A stretch of 57,172 nucleotides of DNA, counting the filler, from Sphacelaria rigidula (taxonomy: Eukaryota): assembly GCA_964200075.2 (NCBI GenBank). It is 8 parts of 8 records of this genome, joined end to end, with 100 filler letters (N's around TTAATTAATTAA, not from the genome) between each part and the next. Parts side by side here need not be neighbours in the genome. Positions count along the whole stretch, not along the records: positions 1 to 7,059 come from CAXNAA020016703.1; positions 7,160 to 14,218 come from CAXNAA020016704.1; 6 more parts are not named here. The stretch is one strand, 5' to 3'. The notes beneath the pieces were generated by a model. The model had not been told where the DNA came from. It worked only from the letters and a program-made list of their open reading frames with translations, and did no database searches. Below are positions 1 through 12,010 of the stretch, piece after piece. The stretch's first letter is position 1. Each line of letters starts with the position of its first letter. The position numbers and the translations under genes were made by a program.

Positions 1-469
1 CCACGGTGGAAATCATACATGACGAAGAAAAAACCCAACGCATCGGGAATGGAACCCCCATTCTCTCCACCCTAATGGCGACAGTGGATGTATGTTATAG
101 GAATCCGCGACATGTGTGAACAGAGGTTCACGATTTTGTTGTCGGTGTGGCGTTGGTACCTTGTGTTGTCCTTCTGATGGACAAGAGCGCTTAGGATACG
201 TCCGTGTGTGGGTGAGATAATATGATTTCACCCTGGGCAATAGACGACGCAGTATAAAATTCCCGCCACAGCAGCCCCAAGAATATGACTTTTCAATTTA
301 CGTTGTCCGCTACAATCGATTGGCATCACTGTCTGTTGATAACTATTGTAGGCAACGATAGATTCGTGATCAGGGATATAATATATCGTGCGTGACAATG
401 GAATGGCCAGGTTGTGTATTGATACATGTCATTTGTTGCAGTAGACTTTGAGTTGCGTTCATCAATGTC

Positions 470-592
470 TATTGTAGTCACAGTAGGATCTGCATTGCGG
501 CCACCAACGCATATTGCTAGTCGCAATGGGATCTGAACTGCGGCCACTAGCGTCTACTGCTAGTCACAATGGGATCTGAATCGCGACTATCA
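470..592. repeat. Degenerate tandem repeat of about 41 bp (about 3 copies; TATTGCTAGTCGCAATGGGATCTGAACTGCGGCCACTAGCG-like)
   Basis: Three consecutive similar units are visible directly. Confidence 0.7.
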
Positions 593-675
593 ATAGCTAC
601 TGATACATTTTTTTCTGTTGGATATGCCCACCTCCCACAAAGGCTATCGCCCGCTGTCACCTCAGGTAGATTTGC

Positions 676-707
<32 letters not shown>

Positions 708-1472
708 TCGGATTATTGGCGTTGATGCCGTCAGACTACTGCAGTGAGATACGTATACGCTAATGTATATATATATATATATATATTCCAAACCTTGTCG
801 GCGACACTGGCTATCGATAGATGCTCCCCACAAAAATGTGTTGTTGGGCAATGGCTCTCGATAGATTGTTTACCAAATCCATTTAGGATGAGCGTCTTGT
901 TTCTTTCTTCAACGAGAAGAGGCTTGTGGGAGCAACATTTCTCGCCGGCTAGCGGTGAGGATGTCCACCATTTTTCATCAAGATTTTCCCGTGGGTCTCT
1001 GAACTCTGCTTCGATGTTCACCAGTTGTATGGCCCCCCACCATTTTTACGACTCTTTTGTCCCGACGTAACTTCTACTCGCTTTTTAGTGGGAGCCGGGG
1101 TTCGAACCCGGGACGTTCTGTTCATGAAGCGTACGAGTTATTCTCATGGTGTCGCCAATGTGAAAAGATGATTCCTCGACGGACAGTGGTAGAATTTTCT
1201 CCCTTGTATGTGGTGGTTCCCACATACTGATAGATTTCCCTCCCGCATCTGTTGTTGGAGCAATGGACTGTTGTTGCGTGCATTGTCCAGAGTGTGATTC
1301 CGTTCCTGTCTGAGACGACGAGTGCGGAATTTCCGGGTAACCCGCAACATTCGTCGGTTCGTTTTCACCGGCAACCTGGCTCACCTACAGTACGTGATTA
1401 TGTCTACCTTCATCAGGGTCTAGGTCTTCGTGATGTGGGGACGAATTGATATCTGATCTTATTATTCCAATG

Positions 1473-1810
1473 GTTGGCTGATTGGCTGATTGATTGATTT
1501 ATTGTCATGATGATCTTGATCGGTCCGCTACGAACCTCGCCATGGTCACAACATAAGTATGCCCAGGGTCAATACACGGAAAGAGCATGCGCCCATGCGC
1601 CCGGAAATCTCGAGAAAGAGGGGAAGAGGAGAACGGAAGGAAATGGAGCAGGCAGAATAAACTGAAGGAGAGAGAGAGAGAAAAAGAGGCGGAGAGAGAA
1701 ACTAACAGAGGAGAAAAGGCAAAAGAAGGAAACCGCCAGGCTAACATCAAGTTTCGGTTCCGTATGCCCATCCCGACAAAACCCCGACGGCTTCTTGCCA
1801 AGGCTTTCGG
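1473..1810 (-). mobile_element. Non-LTR retroelement 3' end (pyrimidine-rich UTR, conserved terminal motif, (AATC)n tail); related copies at 24620-24726(+), 46420-46956(+), 49490-49747(+), 51770-52200(-), 55830-56208(+)
   Basis: All copies share a motif like ACCACGGCTGGATTCGxAGCGGATCAGxTAATGTGCGACAA followed by an (AATC)n or (AAT)n microsatellite tail, and their 5' lengths vary. An RTE-like assignment is inference only. Confidence 0.7.
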
Positions 1811-4140
1811 TTAGGAAGTCGTACAAAGAGTAATAAGGTGTCTGCGAAATCCATGTTTTTGCCCGTAGCTTTTGGAAGGCACAGGCACTCAACCGTATGG
1901 AATTAGGGGGCTTCCTTGTTTCAGGCCCCGTCAAATACAATCTAAGGGCCATTGTCAACGGGGATGTGTTTTTTCCGACTTTGCCGACATTTTCGGGGGA
2001 AAAAAAAAAATCCTCCTCGATAAAATTGAGAACAGCTTTCTCCACCAGGTCAAGAGATGAAAGTATTGAAGGGTGACTACATATTACTCGGAAAGTCTAG
2101 CGTTTTTTTTTCTTTCAATACATATATGTTTGTTGTGAGTCGGAAAATTTCCCGAGAAAGTCGGGAACACCTGAAAAACAAAACCCGTAAAAAATGACCC
2201 TAAGAAAGATCCCAAACCTGCACAACGCGGAGATTGCAGAAACAGTTGTTGCATGTTTGACCTCTCTGAACTATTCCGAGCCGTACACCCGCGTGAGAGC
2301 GACGGCACATATGCGGAAACTTGGGCGACATGGCCCACATGCACCCACGGGACATGTCACACACACCAGGGGTGACTTTGCAGCGGAGTGAGGAATGCAC
2401 ACTACGGTACTGCTTTGCTTGCAGGCTTTTACCGTTACAAATAATCCAACTTCTGTTTTGAGCTTTTCAAAGGAATCTCGAGCTTGTTCGCTGGCACGGT
2501 TTGTTCGGTATATAACGAATATAGTGGCTAGCGGCGACAATAGTACAGTATAGTTGCTCGATTTCATATTTTACAAACATAGCCGTGTGGCCGCATCGCA
2601 ATCCATATCGAGGTTAAACTAATCCGCTACCCTGTGTATTGCTTTGTGTACAGAGTTGATTCCACAAAAAACAAGCTCGCGATAGTTGTAACTTGATAAA
2701 TGAGTGCAAGATCCGGAAGACGGAAGACCATTCTCGGCAGTCGAAGTGATGACCTCATTTTCGAAAATACAGATATGCTGCCGTTGCTGTTGTAAGAATG
2801 TCTTCACCAGTGCCACAACTGTTCTTAGAAGATTCGACGGACTCTCGTGGAACACGCCAGGCATGCTCCCGGGAAAGGGTGAGTTTTAAGAGCAAGATGA
2901 CGTCGGGCGCGTGTGTCAGCGCTCTCAGCGCTTGTATTCAGGCATGCCCAGACGTATCTCTGGGACGGCGGCGTGTATATTTTCCCCCCTTTTTCTTCCA
3001 CAAGCAGCTAACACATGGTTATCTTATTTTGTTGGCATCGATGGCTCCCCATTTAAACACCCGCCGTTGCTCTGACAAAAGCACTCGACATGCAGCAGAA
3101 TGCATAGCTTCCACTATAGTAAGGGCCGCCAGAGAGTACGGTAATCCTTTCTGCCGACGCTAGTCTCGATTCAAGCGAGATTGCGGTCTCAGTACCTGTC
3201 GAGATGATACCACGGGCACATACTGACCTGTAGACCGGACGGTACGGTACTGTACAGCTGGTTGTCACCATATTCATTTCAGCTACTGGGTCGGTCATCC
3301 GTCGTTGGGTTGCGTATCGGATACGGTCATGCTGGCGCCGCGCACGAACGATATGCAAGCATGCACATGGGAGATGTACACACAGTTAGTTTTTAGCCTG
3401 GAAAACCACGAGAACAGGCATTTTGAGTTTTCGCGGCCACGAGAATATCGTGGAAGCAGAGTGCGACCCAGCTATCTGGGGACATCACTACCCGGGCTGG
3501 AAATCTCCTCTGTTAGCTCTCCAGGACGAAACACAAACACTTATACCGCTCAAAGAGGAGATGAAATATCGTAGAACACAAGTCAGTGAACGGTAACGAC
3601 AATATCAAGTACATCCAGTGCACATGGTACAGCATCAGATCTACGTCGTCCTACACACAAAATAGCTACGCCTGTTTGCAGGACTGTTCAATCAAGATGG
3701 TGTTTTACTCGAGGATCAAATCCGAAGCCACAGTAAATGAGAACACTACGCAACATCATATTCGAAAATACCGGCACAAATACTGACATTCGACATGAAT
3801 TCACGACCGTGTCTTGTATCCAAGGTCTTTCCCCCACACCTTGCAGGGCTGTCCTTGCACCGTAGTAGGGTATAACCGGTGTATGGCAGGAGACAAACAC
3901 TTGTGATGTCTCCAAATCTCTCTCCATCCACAACATGCCGCGTCGACAGTGCAGAAATAAAAATCATTGCTGATGGACGCAGTTCACACGGTTGAGGAAC
4001 AGTATCGGCGAGGCTTCGCGCAGTACACACACGATGCATCATGGCATGTACCTTTTTCGCCTCCACCAGTACCTGCTCGGATTGTAGCACCGCAATTGTG
4101 ACGGTTTCGGTTTGCTCCCTCTCGAAAATCTGCTGGCTAG

Positions 4141-4295
4141 GTCGCCGGAGGCGCGAGTGTGATCACCAGTCGAGCGATGACGGAAGAGCTGTCGCCAAAG
4201 CTAGGGCCATGGTACCAGGGTATCTTGGAGCGCTCCGGTGGCGACGTGAAGAAAGCAACGGAGGCGGACAAGTTCCACGATATCGCTTTTCAAAA
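4141..4295 (+). CDS. Penultimate exon of a Fringe/GT31-like glycosyltransferase (VAGGASVITSRAMTEELSPKLGPWYQGILERSGGDVKKATEADKFHDIAFQK)
   Basis: Acceptor ctag| at 4140 and donor |gtgagt at 4296. The 155-nt exon joins in frame (AA|G) to the exon at 4683. It has a GGA-x-V-x-S glycine loop and an HD-I acidic motif, as in GT31/Fringe catalytic domains. Confidence 0.8.
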
Positions 4296-4682
4296 GTGAG
4301 TCTTCCTTTTGCCACGCGTGATCTTTGAAACCACTAAAAGTGCGTCCCGTAACGCATGAACAATGCGTCATGCGCTTGTCCGTGTAAAATTATGCACTTT
4401 TGCATCTTTAGTGTCGGAGAAGCTCTGGCAGCGCCGGGGTGTGCATGGCAGCTACCTAGGTGCATGTTTGATTATCTCCCGTCTGGAATAGCAGATACCC
4501 GCTCATCAAGTGTACACTCTGTTCTGAGCACGTGCCTGCATTTTACCCTTTCTAGGGCCGTCTATTCCTTTGCAGCACTGTCATACGCCGTGATAATTTC
4601 ACACCCTATTTCCGCCGAAAACACGTCACATGATTTCTCATCGCCCCAAAAATTGTGCTGAAAAATGTATTCGAAACCTTAG

Positions 4683-5673
4683 GCTAGTGGAGAACATCGG
4701 CCACTCATGGACACATCTCGCAGAGCTTCCTCATGAGCCCCCGGGGTCCTACTTCGATCGCCACCCGCCCTTCACGGGTCCGGGAATACCCAAGAGATCT
4801 GCGCTCTTCCACTATGTTCCTGGGGGATATATGCACTTCCTGCATTTCTTGTCGTCGCAGGCGTGCACGTGCTCTATAAGCCCCGAAGATATGACCTCGG
4901 CGCTCGCTGAGGTGGCGGTAGGGGTCTACTCAACGAGAAGACGGCTGTCGAAGCTCGACGACAAGCGCATCGCCGCAACTTGGGGACGAAGCCTGCCGAA
5001 TCGCAGGCTGCTCGCGTCCAGCGGAGCAGCAGCGGACGGTGACGCATCCTCGGTACCGGCTGGCAGGGGAATGAGGGGCGACGTCAGGCGAATACAAGAG
5101 CTCGTCGAAGCGTTCCCTGAAGCGGGGTGGTACCTGCTATTGCCGGTCAACCATTACGTCGTCCCCGAGAACCTCGCGGTAAGAATTCGAAAACTCGATG
5201 AAAGGAGGGAGGAAGGGGCTCGAGGTCTCATGATCTCCGGCCCCGGCGTTCTGCGACGCTCCAGCGAAGAACAAAACAACATCGGTAGTGTCAGCGACGG
5301 CGCGCTGGTGGAATTCGAAGACGGGGCTTTACTTCTCGGCCGGGACCTAGCGGCCATGATTCTGGAATGGCGGCAAGGATTATCTGGGGGTATTTTCCCG
5401 ACGTTCCGACGGCCAGGAGATCGGGATATATATGCGTGGGCTCGCACGATTAACCGTGCCACTGTCTTGGAAGATTCCGGGTTCGTGAGGCGTTTACCCC
5501 GTGGGCGGGGACCTGGGGACGTGGTGGCTGGGGGATGTCCGGCGGCGTTTCCTTTGGAGCCTGATCTCGCGGATTTGAAACCGGAATTCACGATGTCGGA
5601 AGGAGATGGCGTGATGATGGTGTCGCAGTTTCTGTTGCAGGCAGCTCCGCAACGGGCATGTGTCGCAACCTAG
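4683..5673 (+). CDS. Terminal exon of the GT31/Fringe-like gene: end of domain 1 plus a second, degenerate GT31-like domain
   Basis: Acceptor ttag| at 4682, then a GC-rich open frame to TAG at 5673. It contains ALFHYVPGGYM (C-terminal FHY motif of domain 1), then IAATWG, WYLLLPVNHYVVPENL, EDGALLLGR and GDRDI in GT31 order. Upstream exons were not found in this contig. Confidence 0.78.
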
Positions 5674-6355
5674 CAGCTATAGCAAACCATGTACAGGATG
5701 GCTTAGGACTACCAGTGTCTCTCTGCAGTTGTGTGTCTGAAGTGTTCGGTCGTCAGAGTTGGAAATCCTTTCATGTGATGATATGTACATTCTCGTATGC
5801 ATATATCGCATCAGCGCTCTCGTGTTTTGGACGCTGTCTGGTGTCTCTATCGTACCCAATCAGGGGACATGGACACCACTCGCTCGTTTGTTCTGTTGAG
5901 CTTAACGTGAGTCTTTCAATCTCTCTCTCTCTCTGGTGGTACGTATTCCGATCGTTCATTCCTGAACTCGATTCAGTTTCTCTTTGCTGCAGGCGGCGGT
6001 ATTTTGCCAACGTAAATATTTACCCTCCTTCCCTGGGAGAGATACTTGCTGATAATCGTTGTATTGTATCGTACTGCACAGATTTACTAAAATGCCGTGA
6101 GTTTGTGCGGTTACGTTGAATCGATCATTATCAACACTCTGTTCACCGCACCGTGCCAATACCCACCATCCACGGTGGTTTGCCATCATACGCAGTCTCT
6201 GGCGTTCGTGCCGACTAATATCAAACGTGAAAGAATACGCGCGGGCAGAGGACATCGAGCCAACAGTTCATGGTATCCTACCACCCGAGGGAAGGCAAGA
6301 AGACTGCGCGTACTGTTGATAGTATCGGGGCTTTTCATGAGACGGGAACCTCACT

Positions 6356-6686
6356 AGGGTGCTCGTCGGGACAGAACCGAATGATTCGCCCAGTCCCGTC
6401 CCAACTTATTTTCAGCGCCGCACTTCCCGTCCCGTCCCGTCCCCACCCCATATTTTGTTCAGGGAGCGGGAAACGTATCCTTTCTGCTCCGTCGTTATTT
6501 CAGGGCCGCAATCCTCGTTCTATCGTTGTTCAGGCAACTGGAAAACGTATATGTTGCGTCCTGACGCCCTCTTTTTTGTTTTTCCTAGTCTCGTCTCATT
6601 CTCACGGAACGTCTCTAACTTTTCCCCGCGAAACTTGACGGTGCGCCCCGTCCGGTCCTCACGGGACAGTCCGTGAACAGGATGTA
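6356..6686. mobile_element. Degenerate MITE-like element with (CCCGT)n/GGGAC subterminal motifs
   Basis: TAGGGTGCTCGTCGGGAC start, internal CCCGTCCCGTCCCGTCCC and CGGGACAGTCCGTGAACAGGATGTA end; the termini are eroded. Confidence 0.45.
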
Positions 6687-6989
6687 TTTCCCCCGTAGTA
6701 TCTCAAAGGGACAATTCAATGATGACCCGTGGATTTCGTGTGCAACTTTGTCTGCTCCCGATTACTGTCACTTTATTTGACGCAAGAAACGAATATTAGT
6801 TCAAGTTTTGCAGCTTGCAGCGCTCCTGCTCACTGTAGTTACTGTACAATGCTGATACGTAACATTACGATAACCACGCGAGCATTGCTACGGCAGGGGT
6901 GCCCAAATATTTTCTGAGGTTCGAATTTTCAAGAGAAGCCCTCTATCTCATTCATCCAAAGAACGACTTATGAGATATGTGAGAGCACC

Positions 6990-7059
6990 ATACCCTGGAC
7001 AAAAGAATACACGGTCGAAAAATGTACTGCGTGCAGTATGGAATCTATTGTCTATTGCA
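6990..7059. mobile_element. Half of a fold-back MITE (same family as 54993-55128), cut near its palindrome centre by the contig end
   Basis: ATACCCTGGACAAAAGAATACACGG...ATTGTCTATTGCA matches the left arm of the 54993 element. Confidence 0.8.
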
Positions 7060-7159
7060 NNNNNNNNNNNNNNNNNNNNNNNNNNNNNNNNNNNNNNNNN
7101 NNNTTAATTAATTAANNNNNNNNNNNNNNNNNNNNNNNNNNNNNNNNNNNNNNNNNNNN
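7060..7159. other. Artificial contig linker (N44-TTAATTAATTAA-N44); identical linkers at 14219-14318, 21378-21477, 28537-28636, 35696-35795, 42855-42954, 50014-50113
   Basis: The same 100-bp spacer, with stops in all six frames, recurs every 7,159 bp and delimits eight 7,059-bp contigs. Confidence 0.98.
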
Positions 7160-7211
<52 letters not shown>

Positions 7212-7262
7212 GGTCCCGCATTGATCCGAAGGTGGGAAACATATACCGGCGCTCACGTCGAA
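7160..7262 (-). mobile_element. Probable non-LTR 3' end with a (TAT)n tail
   Basis: A unique segment of about 50 bp runs into a perfect (AAT)n tract at the contig edge. Confidence 0.4.
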
Positions 7263-7459
7263 CTGGTCACACATGACGTGCATGTACAAGCCAGTCACGC
7301 CTTGAGTCATGAAGAAGGGTTGACTGTGTGAATTACAACACGCCTCGAGTCATGAAGAAGGGTTCACTGTGTGAAGTACAACTGATGTACGAAGCGCATG
7401 ATTTATTCATTGAGACGATGACTTTGAGTTGACTCACGAGTTGATTTGTCCTAACCGTG
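7263..7459. mobile_element. Terminus of a hAT-like MITE that interrupts the Gag-like ORF; contains two tandem units of about 44 bp
   Basis: TGATTTGTCCTAACCGTG (7442-7459) is the reverse complement of the left end CACGGTTAGGACAAATCA of the MITE at 40496. CGCCTYGAGTCATGAAGAAGGGTTSACTGTGTGAA occurs twice. Confidence 0.7.
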
Positions 7460-10400
7460 TACTATTGCGAACATACGTCTGACACATCGCATCACTAGGG
7501 ATATTCTGTCGGCCAGTGCCAGCTACACTAGACACCAAAAGCTTGAAATCGAGTAGGTAGTCAGAAAAGGGCACGTCTGTTGCCACGGCGAAGGAGCTGA
7601 GGCGCTTGATGGCGCTGGCCTGATCGGACTTATCAAAATAACTTATGACACGCCCTTCCAAATTGACGAATAGTAGCGGCGCTGTTTGCCCGCCGGCACA
7701 ATCTTGATCCATGGCGTGGAAGAAGGAGTCGAGAATCTGCGTCAAGGAAGCAGCGATGTCAGGGGAGCGGCGGCTCATTGAGCGATGCAAAGCCTTATGT
7801 AACGGGGTTTGCCATCCATCAATCCAGTCAGGGTCTTCGAAACGTTGTTGTCCAGTTGCGTCGGCCAACTCGAGGATGTTGCGCATAGTTCGACGCATTG
7901 AGGAAATGAGAGCGGGTGTAAACTGACCATAATCCTCATTATTTGCAGTAGGCATGGTTTTGATATGCCATAGTTTCTTAACATCCATCTGTAAGTACTC
8001 ACGCTTGATGGCAGCGACACGAGATGCTTCTCTACGAGTATCAGAGGCGGCTTTATCAGCGGCAGCTTGTTGTTTGGCTGCGGCGGCGGCAGCTAATGAC
8101 CGAGCCGAGGTAGAAGACAATGGGCGAGCCGAATTGTCACTATCACTATCCGTAAGACCTAGAAGGCGAGCAGACGCATCTGCGAGAGGAGGCGTTACTT
8201 GCCTGACGGCCGGTGAGGGCCGAGCGGATCGCGTCGAGGCGTACTGACGGTGTCGTGATGTAGATGAGCCCGAAGACTGGTTGTCAGAGCGTTCATGACT
8301 GCCTCGGGTGGTACGGCGACCGTTGTTGTTTTTGCGGTGGGCTCCCTGTCCGCGGCGTGGTTCGGCCCCGGGTTGGTCGTCGTCGAAGTCGTCATCATCA
8401 CGGCGGTGATGAGAGGGGTGGGGTGTGATCCAGTCGTCGTCATCGTCGGGTGTTGGCGTGTTGCGGGCGGCACGCATAACATTAAAGAGGGCAGCGACGG
8501 CGGTTTCGTAGGTGGGACGATTGTCCTCCGTACCGATCGTTAGGTACAGTACGAGTCGCTCGATGGTGAGGGCGCCCGGGTCGTTGTTAGGCAGTTGTCC
8601 CCCTTGCTGAAGGAAAGGGACGATCACACTGTTTATGGGCAATGTGAGCGAGCACCAAGCCTGCTCGGAGGCGCGGAGAACGTTATTGCGGTGATATTTG
8701 CCCGAAAGTTGACGGAGCGTCCAGGAAAGCCAAGAACGTTCGCTGCCCTGAAGGCGGAGCCAAGGTGTGAGGGCAGTGGGCGTTGAGGCCTGAGGGACCT
8801 GCGGTGGTGCTGGTCGGGTGCGCGCAGGCGAGGCTGTAGGAGCGGCAGCAGCAGCGTATATACGCGAGGGCTGGCGAGTCTCCGCTGAACCTGAAGTTGC
8901 AGAAGGAGGTGCAGGCGCTGGTGCTGTGGGCGTCGTCCTCAGAAGAGGAAGATGCTGCTCCTGTTCGAAGGAGCGTGAAGCCGTGGTGGCGGTGGCCGTG
9001 GCCGCAGTACGTTGGCGCAGACGTTGTTCGTCGCGCCAAATGGAGTCACGCATTTTGTCGAACGCTGCGAGACGTGCAGTCAAAGTTTGTTGAGCCGCCC
9101 GCTGGCGGCTGGACGCCGAGTCGACGGCTTGGCGTTGGCGCGTGATGCGTGCTGTGAGATCGTTGAGAAGTAGATGAGTAGCGGCGTCATCCGCCGTGTC
9201 GCGGGGTGAGGGTGGCGCAGGGGGCGTGTCCGGTTGCAGTGCTCGGTATTCAACTAGGATTTTCTCCTGATCGGAGCGGGGACCACGAAACCAGAGCCGG
9301 GGCAGGAGGCCCAGCGGGCAATGCTCGATGCCCAACAGGGGGCGGCCGTCCGTGAGAGACGTGAATGCAGGCGCCGGAGCTGGACCAGTGGCGGCAGCAT
9401 CATGCGGGGAAGTGTCAGATCCCGCAAGAATTGCCGTGACAAGGGTGTCACCCGTGGCCGCCGTGTCGGCAGCCGCAGTCTCTGCCGCGCTGGGGGCGAG
9501 GGGTGTGACGCGGATGCTCTCAGCGTTCGCGTCGACGTCCGCGGCAGCAGTATTGGGGGCGGCCGCGACAGGAGCGGTGGTCGAAGGTGCTGGGGTGTTG
9601 GCCATGGTGGAAGCTGATCGCAGGTATCGACGAAGATCTGCAATTTATCGTTCCACAGCACGCACAGTGGCAGCATCGGGATTGGGTGGAAGGGCACGGT
9701 TAGTGCTGCGTCCGTCGCGCAAAGGTGCGTGATTATTAGTCAACGAAGCATCAACGGGCCGTCGCGAGCTCACATGGGTCCGATCGACAGATTTAGCTCG
9801 TGAGGATCCCGTGGTTGATGATAATCCTGATAACAGAGCACGTACGTGATGGACATGAGTGGTACGATCACCATGGTGAACACTGTCGTCACCATCCAAA
9901 TCCAAATCAGAGAAACATCTGAGGCGGAAAGTTCGTCATCAGGGTCTGCAGACGCTGCGACAGAGGCCCGATGGTTCGCATTATTATCAAAGTGAATACG
10001 ATCTGAAGACGCCGAATGTTGAACGACTGTGTGAAACGCGGCCGCAAGCGCTTGTGAGAGGGCAGTTGTCGCCGGACAATCAGAAATGACAGCCGATGAT
10101 GAACGGAGCAAGTGCTGAAGAGCCGTGACTAAAGGCAAGTGCTCAGTGGAAGGCTCCCCAGAGTGGCCAAGACGCGAGAAGGGTTTTCGGCGCGAGGGCT
10201 GGTGAACAGAAGTGGCCTCACGATGCATGTCGTGTCGTCGCGGACCTTGTAAGGCATCGGAACCGTTGTGCGTCGTGCCGAAAACGTCGGAAGGCATGGA
10301 CGGGTGCCGTTCGTCCATACCGCGAGTGCGGAGTGACTCAATAACCGCAGTGGAAGCCTGGAGCGGTTTACGTTTCACAGTGGGAACGCGTGGCGACTCG

Positions 10401-10838
10401 TTAGACATGTTGGAACTCCTAGACGGTGTGCGTTTTACAACAGACCGAGCGCGTAGCGACTCGTCGATCATGTTGGACGTCTTGGACGGTGTGCGTTTCA
10501 CAATAGAGCGAGCGCATAGCGACTCGTCGATCATGTTGGAAGTCTTGGACAGTGGACGGTTCGCAACAGAGCGAGCGCGTAGCAACTCGTCGATCATGTC
10601 GGAAGTCTTGGACGGTGTGCGTTTCCCAACAGAGCGAGCGCGTAGCGACTCGTCGATCATGTTGGAAGTCTTGAACAGATGACGGTCGTGGTCACCAGTA
10701 GGAGCCAAGTCCTGGGACGTGTAGTCGCCAGAGTCGAGGGCTGAAGCTCTGTCGGATTTTACTTCTTCGTGCGCAGGGGAAGTAAGAGTGAATGGTTGTG
10801 GAGGAAGTGATGGAAGAAAACGCTGACGACGTACTCAT
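7460..10838 (-). pseudogene. Disrupted gag-like ORF of about 1,125 codons or more (joins track ORFs 9770-10708, 9645-9905 and 7434-9605)
   Basis: ATG at 10838 needs one frameshift to enter the 10708 frame. A 1-nt frameshift near 9915 restores the acidic run DDELSASDV-SDLDLDGDDS. A single TAA at 9645-9647 (ER*IADLRRYL) separates two ORFs in the same frame. The C-terminal roughly 190 aa (…LSSFAVATDVPFSDYLLDFKLLVSSVAGT…) look like a helical Gag core. Confidence 0.65.
10385..10680 (-). repeat. Coding 60-bp tandem repeat (about 5 copies; 20-aa unit like KTSNMIDESLRARSVxKRTPS)
   Basis: GAGCGAGCGCGTAGCGACTCGTCGATCATGTTGGAAGTCTTGGACGGTGTGCGTTT repeats with a 60-bp period. Confidence 0.92.
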
Positions 10839-11784
10839 TTGTGAGAAGGAGGGCCGAAGTGGAGGAATGTTTTCTTCGGTTACGTCATATTAAATTGAAG
10901 AGGTGGAAATGGACGCTAGACACCAGAGTACAAGAGTCTGCTGTTATAAATAACAGGTAGTGTAAGGTCGTCTAGAAATTGCAAGTACCGCAAAATTGAG
11001 CAGTAAAGACTATAAAAATTATAAAGGTGAGAACACCGAAGTACAGTGAACTGCTGTGATAATAACAATCAGCGTAATCTCGACAATTGCCAAGTACCGA
11101 GAAGGTAAACAGTTGAGCAAAAATATGAATGACTGAAGCTAAACGCCGAAAAGGGAGCATTTGCGGCAGGAGTACGATACCTGTAGAGAAAACCGTGTAT
11201 AGGAGACCGCAGGAAGGCGCACTGAGGGTGTACCAGAGGTATTAATAGTCGCAAAGGAACAAACTTGCAGACAAAACCAATATTTGTCGCAAGAAAGGTG
11301 GGCGGTGCGAAAGCAAAACCTAAGAATGAGGCGACTGTGAAAGGAGGCAGACACCCGGACAGATGTTCGACGGGCGCACTGTGCACGTCAAATACAACAG
11401 GGGTACTTCAGTGACCAGGCACACACTGAACAGGGGTACTTCAGTGGTGCAAGCAGGACACCGCACACAGGAGGTGTAGAAAAACACAACTCGAGATCGC
11501 GAAGGTAGACACCAAGACTAGTGTAGATCACGTCGCCAAAGGGAAGGCGATGTGTAAAGAGTTGTGAAATTTAGCCGAGAAAAAGAATCAACAAGGCGGC
11601 AGCGAGGATGCTAAACACTGAATAAAAGTGCAGGGCTCCAAGAGAAAACAGTCGTAGAAGCCGATTGAAACACTAAGGTTGGTGCAGATCAGGCGCTAAA
11701 CTGAAAAGACTATAGGGGGATACTAATTTCGAAAAAAACGAAATAATAAATCGTAAAACGAACCAGGCAGTACACCGCCAAGAG

Positions 11785-12010
11785 GAAAAGGTGGATCACG
11801 TAGGATACGACCAAAGAGTGGATTGCGCAGTACAGAGCCAAAAGCGAAAAATGTGGCACGTAGTACACACACGAAAGATGAAAAATGTATCACGCAGTAT
11901 ACACACAAAAGATGAAAAGTGTGTCGCGTAACACACAACCCAAAGATGAAAAGTGGATCGCGTAGTACACACCCAAAATGATGGGAAATGGATCGCGGAG
12001 CACATACCCG
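11785..12010. repeat. Degenerate minisatellite of about 34 bp (about 7 copies) in the retroelement leader
   Basis: GAAAAGTGGATCGCGTAGTACACACCCAAAGAT-like units in tandem. Confidence 0.8.

Noticed and set aside
3412..3527. Upstream GT31 exon (…CDPAIWGHHYPGWKSPL)
   Set aside because: The donor phase does not fit the phase-0 exon at 4141, and the segment is bounded by CCTGGA…TCCAGG inverted ends, suggesting a small MITE.
9770..10708. Separate upstream ORF with a C-terminal transmembrane segment (Ogre-like extra ORF or env-like)
   Set aside because: The hydrophobic tail LIWIWMVTTVF… appears only after a probable 1-nt frameshift. The alternative frame continues the acidic run and joins gag, and the listed start is TTG.
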